Assembly (NCBI GenBank): GCA_964057225.1
Contig: OZ059894.1
Coordinates: 8,308,001 to 8,372,000 of the forward strand
DNA length: 64,000 nucleotides
Direction of reading: 5' to 3'
From: Auanema rhodensis
Taxonomy: Eukaryota > Animalia > Nematoda
Shown here one piece after another: positions 26,833 to 39,210 of this stretch (position 1 is its first letter; each line of letters opens with the position of its first letter). A program made the position numbers and the translations under genes. Below the pieces are notes generated by a model. It had not been told where the DNA came from and did not search any database. It worked only from the letters and a program-made list of their open reading frames with translations.

Positions 26833-27314
26833 GAGCCCACCCGGGAGCGAAATATTTTTGGTTTCCACAGTTCCAATAAGCGAAATTAAAATTTTAATTC
26901 ATCTACTTACGATCTCATTCATAAATTTTCTAGAAGGATTGGATAAGATAGACCAGAACATCAGAAAATATAGATCATTGACTGATCCAAAACAGAAGTA
27001 GAAACTTCACAAGTCTAGATTGTTGAGTATATGTGCTTCCGTGGCGCAATAGCCAGTGCGTTCGGCTGTTAACCGAAAGGTTGGTGATTCGAGCCCACCC
27101 GGGAGCGAAATATTTTTGGTTTCCACAGTTCCAATTAAGCAAAATTAAAATTTTTAATTCATCTACTTACGATCTCATTCATAAATTTTCTAGAAGGATT
27201 GGATAAGATAGACCAGAACATCAGAAAATATAGATCATTGACTGATCCAAAACAGAAGTAGAAACTTCACAAGTCTAGATTGTTGAGTATATGTGCTTCC
27301 GTGGCGCAATAGGC

Positions 27315-27350
<36 letters not shown>

Positions 27351-27573
27351 GAGCCCACCCGGGAGCGAAATATTTTTGGTTTCCACAGTTCCAATTAAGC
27401 AAAATTAAAATTTTAATTCATCTACTTACGATCTCATTCATAAATTTTCTAGAAGGATTGGATAAGAAAGAGCAGAACTTGGGAAAATACGGATCATTGA
27501 CTGATCTAAAACAGAAGTAGAAACTTCACAAGTTTAGATTGTTGAGTATATGTGCTTCCGTGGCGCAATAGGC

Positions 27574-27609
<36 letters not shown>

Positions 27610-27832
27610 GAGCCCACCCGGGAGCGAAATATTTTTGGTTTCCACAGTTCCAATTAAGCAAAATTAAAATTTTAATTCATCTACTTACGATCTCATTCAT
27701 AAATTTTCTAGAAGGATTGGATAAGATAGACCAGAACATCAGAAAATATGGATCATTGACTGGTCTAAAACAGAAGTAGAAACTTCACAAGTCTAGATTG
27801 TTGAGTATATGTGCTTCCGTGGCGCAATAGGC

Positions 27833-27868
<36 letters not shown>

Positions 27869-28091
27869 GAGCCCACCCGGGAGCGAAATATTTTTGGTTT
27901 CCACAGTTCCAATTAAGCGAAATTAAAATTTTAATTCATCTACTTACGATCTCATTCATAAATTTTCTAGAAGGATTGGATAAGATAGACCAGAACATCA
28001 GAAAATATGGATCATTGACTGCTCTAAAACAGAAGTAGAAACTTCACAAGTCTAGATTGTTGAGTATATGTGCTTCCGTGGCGCAATAGGC

Positions 28092-28127
<36 letters not shown>

Positions 28128-28350
28128 GAGCCCACCCGGGAGCGAAATATTTTTGGTTTCCACAGTTCCAATTAAGCGAAATTAAAATTTTAATTCATCT
28201 ACTTACGATCTCATTCATAAATTTTCTAGAAGGATTGGATAAGATAGACCAGAACATCAGAAAATATGGATCATTGACTGATCTAAAACAGAAGTAGAAA
28301 CTTCACAAGTCTAGATTGTTGAGTATATGTGCTTCCGTGGCGCAATAGGC

Positions 28351-28386
<36 letters not shown>

Positions 28387-28609
28387 GAGCCCACCCGGGA
28401 GCGAAATATTTTTGGTTTCCACAGTTCCAATTAAGCAAAATTAAAATTTTAATTCATCTACTTACGATCTCATTCATAAATTTTCTAGAAGGATTGGATA
28501 AGATAGACCAGAACATCAGAAAATATGGATCATTGACTGATCTAAAACAGAAGTAGAAACTTCACAAGTCTAGATTGTTGAGTATATGTGCTTCCGTGGC
28601 GCAATAGGC

Positions 28610-28645
<36 letters not shown>

Positions 28646-28868
28646 GAGCCCACCCGGGAGCGAAATATTTTTGGTTTCCACAGTTCCAATTAAGCAAAAT
28701 TAAAATTTTAATTCATCTACTCACGATCTCATTCATAAATTTTCTAGAAGGATTGGATAAGATAGACCAGAACATCAGAAAATATGGATCATTGACTGAT
28801 CTAAAACAGAAGTAGAAACTTCACAAGTCTAGATTTTTGAGAGTATGTGCTTCCGTGGCGCAAAAGGC

Positions 28869-28904
<36 letters not shown>

Positions 28905-29139
28905 GAGCCCACCCGGGAGCGAAACATTTTCGATTTCCACAGTTCAAATTAAGCTTCAAATTGAGCAAAATTAAAATTTTAATTCCTCTACTTACGATCT
29001 CATTCATAAATTTTCTAGAAGGATTGGATAAAATAGACCAGAACATCAGAAAATATGGATCATCGACTGATCTAAAACAGAAGTAGAACCTTCACAAGTC
29101 TAGATTGTTGAGTATATGTGCTTCCGTGGCGCAATAGGC

Positions 29140-29171
<32 letters not shown>

Positions 29172-29407
29172 ATTCGAGCCCACCCGGGAGCGAAATATTT
29201 TTGGTTTCCACAGTTCCAATTAAGCAAAATTAAAATTTTAATTCATCTACTTACAATCTCATTCATAAATTTTCTAGAAGGATTGGATAAGATAGACCAG
29301 AACATCAGAAAATATGGATCATTGACTGATGTAAAACAGAAGTAGAATTTCTTGAACCTTCACAAGTCTAGATTGTTAAGTATATGTGCTTCCGTGGCGC
29401 AATAGGC

Positions 29408-29439
<32 letters not shown>

Positions 29440-29678
29440 ATTCGAGCCCACCCGGGAGCGAAATATTTTTGGTTTCCACAGTTCCAATTAAGCTTCAAAT
29501 TGAGCAAAATTAAAATTTTAATTCCTCTACTTACGATCTCATTCATAAATTTTCTAGAAGGATTGGATAAAATAGACCAGAACATCAGAAAATATGGATC
29601 ATCGACTGATCTAAAACAGAAGTAGAACCTTCACAAGTCTAGATTGTTGAGTATATGTGCTTCCGTGGCGCAATAGGC

Positions 29679-29710
<32 letters not shown>

Positions 29711-29937
29711 ATTCGAGCCCACCCGGGAGCGAAATATTTTTGGTTTCCACAGTTCCAATTAAGCAAAATTAAAATTTTAATTCATCTACTTACAATCTCA
29801 TTCATAAATTTTCTAGAAGGATTGGATAAGATAGACCAGAACATCAGAAAATATGGATCATCGACTGATCTAAAACAGAAGTAGAACCTTCACAAGTCTA
29901 GATTGTTGAGTATATGTGCTTCCGTGGCGCAATAGGC

Positions 29938-29969
<32 letters not shown>

Positions 29970-30196
29970 ATTCGAGCCCACCCGGGAGCGAAATATTTTT
30001 GGTTTCCACAGTTCCAATTAAGCAAAATTAAAATTTTAATTCCTCTACTTACGATCTCATTCATAAATTTTCTAGAAGGATTGGATAAGATAGACCAGAA
30101 CATCAGAAAATATGGATCATCGACTGATCTAAAACAGAAGTAGAACCTTCACAAGTCTAGATTGTTGAGTATATGTGCTTCCGTGGCGCAATAGGC

Positions 30197-30228
<32 letters not shown>

Positions 30229-30455
30229 ATTCGAGCCCACCCGGGAGCGAAATATTTTTGGTTTCCACAGTTCCAATTAAGCAAAATTAAAATTTTAATT
30301 CCTCTACTTACGATCTCATTCATAAATTTTCTAGAAGGATTGGATAAGATAGACCAGAACATCAGAAAATATGGATCATTGACTGATCTAAAACAGAAGT
30401 AGAAACTTCACAAGTCTAGATTTTTGAGAGTATGTGCTTCCGTGGCGCAAAAGGC

Positions 30456-30491
<36 letters not shown>

Positions 30492-30726
30492 GAGCCCACC
30501 CGGGAGCGAAACATTTTCGATTTCCACAGTTCAAATTAAGCTTCAAATTGAGCAAAATTAAAATTTTAATTCCTCTACTCACGATCTCATTCATAAATTT
30601 TCTAGAAGGATTGGATAAGATAGACCAGAACATCAGAAAATATGGATCATTGACTGATCTAAAACAGAAGTAGAACCTTCACAAGTCTAGATTGTTGAGT
30701 ATATGTGCTTCCGTGGCGCAATAGGC

Positions 30727-30762
<36 letters not shown>

Positions 30763-30994
30763 GAGCCCACCCGGGAGCGAAATATTTTTGGTTTCCACAG
30801 TTCCAATTAAGCAAAATTAAAATTTTAATTCATCTACTTACAATCTCATTCATAAATTTTCTAGAAGGATTGGATAAGATAGACCAGAACATGAGAAAAT
30901 ATGGATCATTGACTGATGTAAAACAGAAGTAGAATTTCTTGAACCTTCACAAGTCTAGATTGTTAAGTATATGTGCTTCCGTGGCGCAATAGGC

Positions 30995-31030
<36 letters not shown>

Positions 31031-31265
31031 GAGCCCACCCGGGAGCGAAATTTTTTTGGTTTCCACAGTTCCAATTAAGCTTCAAATTAAGCAAAATTAA
31101 AATTTTGATTCATCTACTTACGATCTCATTCATAAATTTTCTAGAAGGATTGGATAAGATAGACCAGAACATCAGAAAATATGGATCATTGACTGATCTA
31201 AAACAGAAGTAGAAACTTCACAAGTCTAGATTGTTGAGTATATGTGCTTCCGTGGCGCAATAGGC

Positions 31266-31301
<36 letters not shown>

Positions 31302-31524
31302 GAGCCCACCCGGGAGCGAAATTTTTTTGGTTTCCACAGTTCCAATTAAGCAAAATTAAAATTTTAATTCATCTACTCACGATCTCATTCATAAATTTTC
31401 TAGAAGGATTGGATAAGATAGACCAGAACATCAGAAAATATGGATCATTGACTGATCTAAAACAGAAGTAGAAACTTCACAAGTCTAGATTTTTGAGAGT
31501 ATGTGCTTCCGTGGCGCAAAAGGC

Positions 31525-31560
<36 letters not shown>

Positions 31561-31795
31561 GAGCCCACCCGGGAGCGAAACATTTTCGATTTCCACAGTT
31601 CAAATTAAGCTTCAAATTGAGCAAAATTAAAATTTTAATTCCTCTACTTACGATCTCATTCATAAATTTTCTAGAAGGATTGGATAAAATAGACCAGAAC
31701 ATCAGAAAATATGGATCATCGACTGATCTAAAACAGAAGTAGAACCTTCACAAGTCTAGATTGTTGAGTATATGTGCTTCCGTGGCGCAATAGGC

Positions 31796-31827
<32 letters not shown>

Positions 31828-32063
31828 ATTCGAGCCCACCCGGGAGCGAAATATTTTTGGTTTCCACAGTTCCAATTAAGCAAAATTAAAATTTTAATTC
31901 ATCTACTTACAATCTCATTCATAAATTTTCTAGAAGGATTGGATAAGATAGACCAGAACATCAGAAAATATGGATCATTGACTGATGTAAAACAGAAGTA
32001 GAATTTCTTGAACCTTCACAAGTCTAGATTGTTAAGTATATGTGCTTCCGTGGCGCAATAGGC

Positions 32064-32095
<32 letters not shown>

Positions 32096-32334
32096 ATTCG
32101 AGCCCACCCGGGAGCGAAATATTTTTGGTTTCCACAGTTCCAATTAAGCTTCAAATTGAGCAAAATTAAAATTTTAATTCCTCTACTTACGATCTCATTC
32201 ATAAATTTTCTAGAAGGATTGGATAAAATAGACCAGAACATCAGAAAATATGGATCATCGACTGATCTAAAACAGAAGTAGAACCTTCACAAGTCTAGAT
32301 TGTTGAGTATATGTGCTTCCGTGGCGCAATAGGC

Positions 32335-32366
<32 letters not shown>

Positions 32367-32593
32367 ATTCGAGCCCACCCGGGAGCGAAATATTTTTGGT
32401 TTCCACAGTTCCAATTAAGCAAAATTAAAATTTTAATTCATCTACTTACAATCTCATTCATAAATTTTCTAGAAGGATTGGATAAGATAGACCAGAACAT
32501 CAGAAAATATGGATCATCGACTGATCTAAAACAGAAGTAGAACCTTCACAAGTCTAGATTGTTGAGTATATGTGCTTCCGTGGCGCAATAGGC

Positions 32594-32625
<32 letters not shown>

Positions 32626-32852
32626 ATTCGAGCCCACCCGGGAGCGAAATATTTTTGGTTTCCACAGTTCCAATTAAGCAAAATTAAAATTTTAATTCCT
32701 CTACTTACGATCTCATTCATAAATTTTCTAGAAGGATTGGATAAGATAGACCAGAACATCAGAAAATATGGATCATCGACTGATCTAAAACAGAAGTAGA
32801 ACCTTCACAAGTCTAGATTGTTGAGTATATGTGCTTCCGTGGCGCAATAGGC

Positions 32853-32884
<32 letters not shown>

Positions 32885-33111
32885 ATTCGAGCCCACCCGG
32901 GAGCGAAATATTTTTGGTTTCCACAGTTCCAATTAAGCAAAATTAAAATTTTAATTCCTCTACTTACGATCTCATTCATAAATTTTCTAGAAGGATTGGA
33001 TAAGATAGACCAGAACATCAGAAAATATGGATCATTGACTGATCTAAAACAGAAGTAGAAACTTCACAAGTCTAGATTTTTGAGAGTATGTGCTTCCGTG
33101 GCGCAAAAGGC

Positions 33112-33147
<36 letters not shown>

Positions 33148-33382
33148 GAGCCCACCCGGGAGCGAAACATTTTCGATTTCCACAGTTCAAATTAAGCTTC
33201 AAATTGAGCAAAATTAAAATTTTAATTCCTCTACTCACGATCTCATTCATAAATTTTCTAGAAGGATTGGATAAGATAGACCAGAACATCAGAAAATATG
33301 GATCATTGACTGATCTAAAACAGAAGTAGAACCTTCACAAGTCTAGATTGTTGAGTATATGTGCTTCCGTGGCGCAATAGGC

Positions 33383-33418
<36 letters not shown>

Positions 33419-33650
33419 GAGCCCACCCGGGAGCGAAATATTTTTGGTTTCCACAGTTCCAATTAAGCAAAATTAAAATTTTAATTCATCTACTTACAAT
33501 CTCATTCATAAATTTTCTAGAAGGATTGGATAAGATAGACCAGAACATGAGAAAATATGGATCATTGACTGATGTAAAACAGAAGTAGAATTTCTTGAAC
33601 CTTCACAAGTCTAGATTGTTAAGTATATGTGCTTCCGTGGCGCAATAGGC

Positions 33651-33686
<36 letters not shown>

Positions 33687-33921
33687 GAGCCCACCCGGGA
33701 GCGAAATTTTTTTGGTTTCCACAGTTCCAATTAAGCTTCAAATTAAGCAAAATTAAAATTTTGATTCATCTACTTACGATCTCATTCATAAATTTTCTAG
33801 AAGGATTGGATAAGATAGACCAGAACATCAGAAAATATGGATCATTGACTGATCTAAAACAGAAGTAGAAACTTCACAAGTCTAGATTGTTGAGTATATG
33901 TGCTTCCGTGGCGCAATAGGC

Positions 33922-33957
<36 letters not shown>

Positions 33958-34171
33958 GAGCCCACCCGGGAGCGAAATTTTTTTGGTTTCCACAGTTCCA
34001 ATTAAGCTTCAAATTAAGCAAAATTAAAATTTTAATTCATCTACTTACGATCTCATTCATAAATTTTCTAGAAGGATTGGATAAGATAGACCAGAACATC
34101 AGAAATTATGGATCATTGCTGATCTAAAACAAAAGTAGAAACTTCACAAGTCTAGATTGTTGAGTATATGT

Positions 34172-34208
34172 GCTTCCGTGGCGCAATAGGCAGCGCGTTC
34201 GGCTGTTA
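34172..34208 (+). pseudogene. 5'-half tRNA-Asn truncated at A37 by the inversion junction
   Basis: ...TTCGGCTGTTA then one T, then reverse-complement spacer TATCTTATCC. Confidence 0.9.
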
Positions 34209-34209
34209 T

Positions 34210-34340
34210 TATCTTATCCAATCCTTCTAGAAAATTTATGAATGAGATCGTAAGTAGATGAATCAAAATTTTAATTTTGCTTAATTTGAAGCTTAATTGG
34301 AACTGTGGAAACCAAAATTATTTCGCTCCCGGGTGGGCTC

Positions 34341-34376
<36 letters not shown>

Positions 34377-34610
34377 GCCTATTGAGCCACGGAAGCACAT
34401 ATACTCAACAATCTAGACTTGTGAAGTTTCTACTTTTGTTTTAGATCAGCAATGATCCATAATTTCTGATGTTCTGGTCTATCTTATCCAATCCTTCTAG
34501 AAAATTTATGAATGAGATCGTAAGTAGATGAATTAAAATTTTAATTTTGCTTAATTTGAAGCTTAATTGGAACTGTGGAAACCAAAAAAATTTCGCTCCC
34601 GGGTGGGCTC

Positions 34611-34646
<36 letters not shown>

Positions 34647-34881
34647 GCCTATTGCGCCACGGAAGCACATATACTCAACAATCTAGACTTGTGAAGTTTC
34701 TACTTCTGTTTTAGATCAGTCAATGATCCATATTTTCTGATGTTCTGGTCTATCTTATCCAATCCTTCTAGAAAATTTATGAATGAGATCGTAAGTAGAT
34801 GAATCAAAATTTTAATTTTGCTTAATTTGAAGCTTAATTGGAACTGTGGAAACCAAAAAAATTTCGCTCCCGGGTGGGATC

Positions 34882-34917
<36 letters not shown>

Positions 34918-35152
34918 GCCTATTGCGCCACGGAAGCACATATACTCAACAATCTAGACTTGTGAAGTTTCTACTTTTGTTTTAGATCAGTCAATGATCC
35001 ATATTTTCTGATGTTCTGGTCTATCTTATCCAATCCTTTTAGAAAATTTATGAATGAGATCGTAAGTAGATGAATTAAAATTTTAATTTTGCTTAATTTG
35101 AAGCTTAATTGGAACTGTGGAAACCAAAAATATTTCGCTGCCGGGTGGGCTC

Positions 35153-35188
<36 letters not shown>

Positions 35189-35424
35189 GCCTATTGCGCC
35201 ACGGAAGCACATATACTCAACAATCTAGACTTGTGAAGTTTCTACTTTTGTTTTAGATCAGTCAATGATCCATATTTTCTGATGTTTTGCTCTATCTTAT
35301 CCAATCCTTCTAGAACATTTATGAATGAGATCGTAAGTAGATGAATAAAAATTTTAATTTTGCTTAATTTGAAGCTTAATTGGAACTGTGGAAACCAAAA
35401 ATACTTCGCTCCCGGGTGGGCTCA

Positions 35425-35459
<35 letters not shown>

Positions 35460-35694
35460 GCCTATTGCGCCACGGAAGCACATATACTCAACAATCTAGA
35501 CTTGTGAATTTTCTACTTCTGTTTTAGATCAGTCAATGATCCATATTTTCTGATGTTCTGGTCTATCTTATCCAATCCTTCTAGAAAATTTATGAATGAG
35601 ATCGTAAGTAGATGAATCAAAATTTTAATTTTGCTTAATTTGAAGCTTAATTGGAACTGTGGAAACCAAAAAAATTTCGCTCCCGGGTGGGCTC

Positions 35695-35730
<36 letters not shown>

Positions 35731-35966
35731 GCCCATTGCGCCACGGAAGCACATATACTCAACAATCTAGACTTGTGAATTTTCTACTTCTGTTTTAGAT
35801 CAGTCAATGATCCATATTTTCTGATGTTCTGGTCTATCTTATCCAATCCTTCTAGAAAATTTATGAAAGAGATCGTAAGTAGATGAATCAAAATTTTAAT
35901 TTTGCTTAATTTGAAGCTTAATTGGAACTGTGGAAACCAAAAATACTTCGCTCCCGGGTGGGCTCA

Positions 35967-36001
<35 letters not shown>

Positions 36002-36023
36002 GCCCATTGCGCCACGGAAGCAC
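34210..36023 (-). repeat. Tandem tRNA-Asn array, - arm, segment 1 (7 genes, most with point mutations)
   Basis: Reverse-complement 270/271-bp units; gene 5' ends at 34396, 34666, 34937, 35208, 35479, 35750, 36021. Confidence 0.96.
35949..36021 (-). pseudogene. tRNA-Asn copy abutting element B; B-box C56T, D-loop A>G, native 5' flank replaced by LTR
   Basis: GGTTTGAG replaces GGTTCGAG; AATGGGC replaces AATAGGC; the LTR begins 2 nt upstream of +1. Confidence 0.7.
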
Positions 36024-36368
36024 CGTTCCGTTACGCTCCTGCGTCGATAATATAAACCATTGTAGTTTATACTATGACGCGCATAGTATTCCTTGGTGTA
36101 GCGGTAAGGAATAAAGAGCATAAGGTCAATCATAAGATAAAAGAGAGAAAGATTTATTGGCATGAAACTACAACAATAATATACAAAGATAAAGATACAA
36201 TACAATAAGATAAATATAAGTATAAAGACTAAACTACAAGCCGTCCATGAGCTTGCTAAGAGGCGAACTCCCGACCAAGGGAACGAGGGAAGGCGGAGCC
36301 ATTCCTCGGTCCTCTGGTCGTCTGGCTCTAACCCTTCAGCTACATATATGGGGAGTCCGAATGGAACG
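36024..36368 (-). repeat. 3' LTR of element B
   Basis: Ends CGTTCC...GGAACG (perfect 6-bp inverted repeat); minus-strand AATAAA at 36153-36158. Confidence 0.95.
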
Positions 36369-37006
36369 TGCCCTTTCAAAGATTTTTCGCGTCCGCGCGA
36401 TATAAAGAGTTTTTAGTGTATATGTAGCTGAGTTTCAGAGTCTAGGAGTTTACAATTAAAATTAAAAGTTTTAAAATCTACATGTAGAAAGATATTTAAA
36501 TGGTATTAATAGGTTTCTTTATGGTATTAAGATAGAATTTGAATACAATAATGGGTTTTATGTTATTTTGTAACGGAGGATTAGAAAAATAAATTTAGTC
36601 ATTGTAGTACTGTAATAAAAAAAAATTGTTCCATGAATTTGAGATTTATGTGAGATAATAAGGAATTATTCAACTTTTTGCGTGCATGGTTACTCGTATC
36701 CTAATGATGATGGGGATAAAGATTTTTAGTTATTAATTGTTTTCGTCTTCATGTGTCTCTCTGAATGAATCCTTGAGTACTAATGGAGGCTACCACTCAG
36801 ATGGGGTGTGGCTTAGGCGCCTGCCAATTTTCGTCTCTTCTTGGAGATACATATGGAGCTCAATTTAGTGCGATAGACTATCTCTATCATCGTAAAGAAG
36901 TACGGTAGCCTATTATTTATATTATATTTTCACTTATTCCTTATTTTTGGTTGTTTATTCTCTTAATCTCTCATCAAAATTTTTCTAATTCACCGTTACT
37001 TTCATT

Positions 37007-37480
37007 TTACAATCTACAGAAAAGAAAAGAATGTATATAAAAAATTTTTCTGTCGTCGGCTATGATGAAGTCCGGATCTTCGTAGGTGTCGTCAGAAGGT
37101 GAATATGTTCCTTCTCGGGGAGTATAAAACTGGTCGACTTGCGACTTCGGCTTCTCGGCTGGTTGGTGCGGTTTTTCTATTTGAACACTAAGAAGTCGGG
37201 TACGGCTTCTGCGACGACTTGCGACAGTAGCGTCACTGTTGGTATCGGACGGGTAAAGGGCTCGGAAAGCCGATGAGAATCTTTTGGCCACCGTTATAGG
37301 ACTCTTGGTTTGGAAAACCCGAGAATGGTGAGCTACGTGTGGGATGTTGACGTAAGGTGCGTAAGATTCTTTTAGATGTGTGTTGGGAGAGAGAAAGATT
37401 CGGGAGCAATAGGATTTTCGTGCTTCGCTGGGCGATGCGGAGGGTAAATGAGAGGGAGTTTTCCAAATTTTGGCCAACAA
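37007..37480 (-). CDS. Ser/Pro/Arg-rich ORF, possibly a degraded gene
   Basis: 157 codons open, basic RRRSRTR patch and acidic tail, but no ATG start and all upstream frames are interrupted by stops. Confidence 0.3.
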   Translation of the reverse strand: MLAKIWKTPSHLPSASPSEARKSYCSRIFLSPNTHLKESYAPYVNIPHVAHHSRVFQTKSPITVAKRFSSAFRALYPSDTNSDATVASRRRSRTRLLSVQIEKPHQPAEKPKSQVDQFYTPREGTYSPSDDTYEDPDFIIADDRKIFYIHSFLFCRL

Positions 37481-37710
37481 TCTGACTCCGCCTATCTACC
37501 GTAAGCTTATTATAGTTAATGGTGTTTATCTTTTCTCAAAAACTATTTTTATCCGCTCTTGCACTTTCCGCTTGTACTTCCTTTAATTTCTCTCTTCACT
37601 AGTAGCTTTCAATCATGTTTTTGTCCCAATTTTTTCTCTTGTTTACCAAGCTAGATTTTATTATTTTTGAGAGCTAAGAATTCATAAAAATGAGCGTCTA
37701 GCCTACTGGA

Positions 37711-38225
37711 ATGACCTTTGTCATGCAAAAGCTGTATGACGTTATTGTCTTTTATGATGCTGAAGAGAGATTGGCTTATAGGCCCCATCCTGATATAGTA
37801 TTAATGGTTGGTGCATTAGTCAATTTCAGTATTTTCTTTTGCTATTTTAGTTTATTGAGGATCTGCAAATGTTCTATTTGGGCAGGGGCCTCGTTAATTT
37901 TTCCGCTATGGCGGAAATTGCGCCCGAGATTGAGCTCGTAGGGCGTCTCTGCCTCCGTGACCTCTGCGCGCATTCTTATGCCGCTCTCCCGTGTGGACTT
38001 GTAGGAAGTCCCTGGAGATGGTATACCGAGAGGCAGCCTTTATTCTATGAATTATTATGTAAAATTTTGTTTAAAATTTATGTATGTTATGATAGCTCTT
38101 CGCTTGGATTGCAGCTGAGGGCCTCACTGGGGAGAGAGTATCCCGAATACCTCACCCCCAGTTACGAGCCTATCTCTCTTGTTGCAGAGTTTGAGAGACA
38201 GCTAGCTTTCAAGTGGGGATTTTGA
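37711..38225 (+). CDS. Spliced hypothetical protein (about 156 aa), antisense cargo gene in element B; exons 37711-37806 and 37851-38225
   Basis: A 44-nt GTTGGT...TTTTAG intron (37807-37850) joins ORFs 37711 and 37869 in frame (...HPDIVLM|FIEDLQMFYLG...); AATAAA at 38229-38234 just after the stop. Confidence 0.6.
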
Positions 38226-39197
38226 CTGAATAAAGCTTGTACTCTGTGTTTTTATTTTTATGCGCTTTGCTCTGTTTTCGTCAAGAAAATGGACTTATGT
38301 TTTCAATCTTTTCCTCATTCTTTTTCCCTTAAATAGCATGTTTTGCTCAAAATGTTTTCGACATTGTGCATGCTAATGAGGTTTGAGGAGAGTTATTGAA
38401 AAGGCTGTCCTTTTTCTCGATCAAAATAAGCAAAAGTGCGTTTTCCTAAGCGAATTTCTTTTTAAAATGAGAAAAATACGTCTATTTTTAAACATTTCCC
38501 ATTTACTTAGGATTACTTTAGGAGATAAGGGGTATCTTATGAGTTGAAACAACGAAATGATTTGAGGAAGGTGACATAATCTACGGGGATAAAATCCGTA
38601 GCAGTTATGCTTCCGCCAACTTGACCTGACTGTCAAATAAGAGCTGAGAAGTCTTAATGCAGATTTACCAGGCTTTTTCGGACTAGTGTGGTCTCTTTTT
38701 ATATTCAATTTATGTAACCGTTTTTGGTTTCCCGCAAAATAATATGTAAAATGATCTTTTACGTCTGAATATAATAATTTTTCAAAATTCTAGTCCTGAC
38801 CACAAAATATACAAACTATAATCAATTGCACGCGTCTTTTAAATTTTTGTTCCGATAATCAAACTTCTCTATGCCCAAAAAAATGTGAACAATTATAATT
38901 TCTCGTTTGGCGAAAGTGTCCTCTATTTCAATCCAAACGTCCTCAAAATGGCATGAGAAGCGGTACAAGATACGATATAGAAAAGGGTGGATATTCAGAC
39001 GGTTTTAAATTGAGGACGGCGGGCAAAAATTTTATGGGTCCTATCTCGCATTTAAGCGAGATCCCTTGTATCTGTACCTTAAAACAAATTGGCGCCTTCA
39101 TTTTGTTGTTTCAAGTGGAGGAATTTATAATTTAGAATGCAAAAATGGACTTTTACAATAAAAAAAAAATTTTTTTTTTTTCAAAAGATGAGTTCGA

Positions 39198-39210
39198 GGT
39201 GGAACCTCCA
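39198..39210 (-). promoter_or_regulatory. Primer-binding site for tRNA-Gln (element B)
   Basis: + strand GGTGGAACCTCCA, the same 13 nt as in element A, abutting the LTR; preceded by GAGTTC, which matches the T arm of tRNA-Gln. Confidence 0.88.

Larger units (their letters stand above)
7139..34208 (+). repeat. Tandem tRNA-Asn(GTT) array, + arm, segment 2 (about 103 full genes plus one truncated), with higher-order repeats
   Basis: Units of 258-271 bp; the ordered series of diagnostic variants recurs at offsets 6538, 6000, 1295 and 2656 bp. Confidence 0.97.

Noticed and set aside
35984-36379. Hydrophobic 131/139-aa ORFs (also 39153-39572) resembling membrane or Env proteins
   Set aside because: They lie within the LTRs and cross element boundaries; the hydrophobicity comes from T-rich low-complexity sequence.
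38421-39135. ORFs 38421-38708 and 38953-39135
   Set aside because: Short, no recognisable motifs, and located in the presumed leader region of element B.
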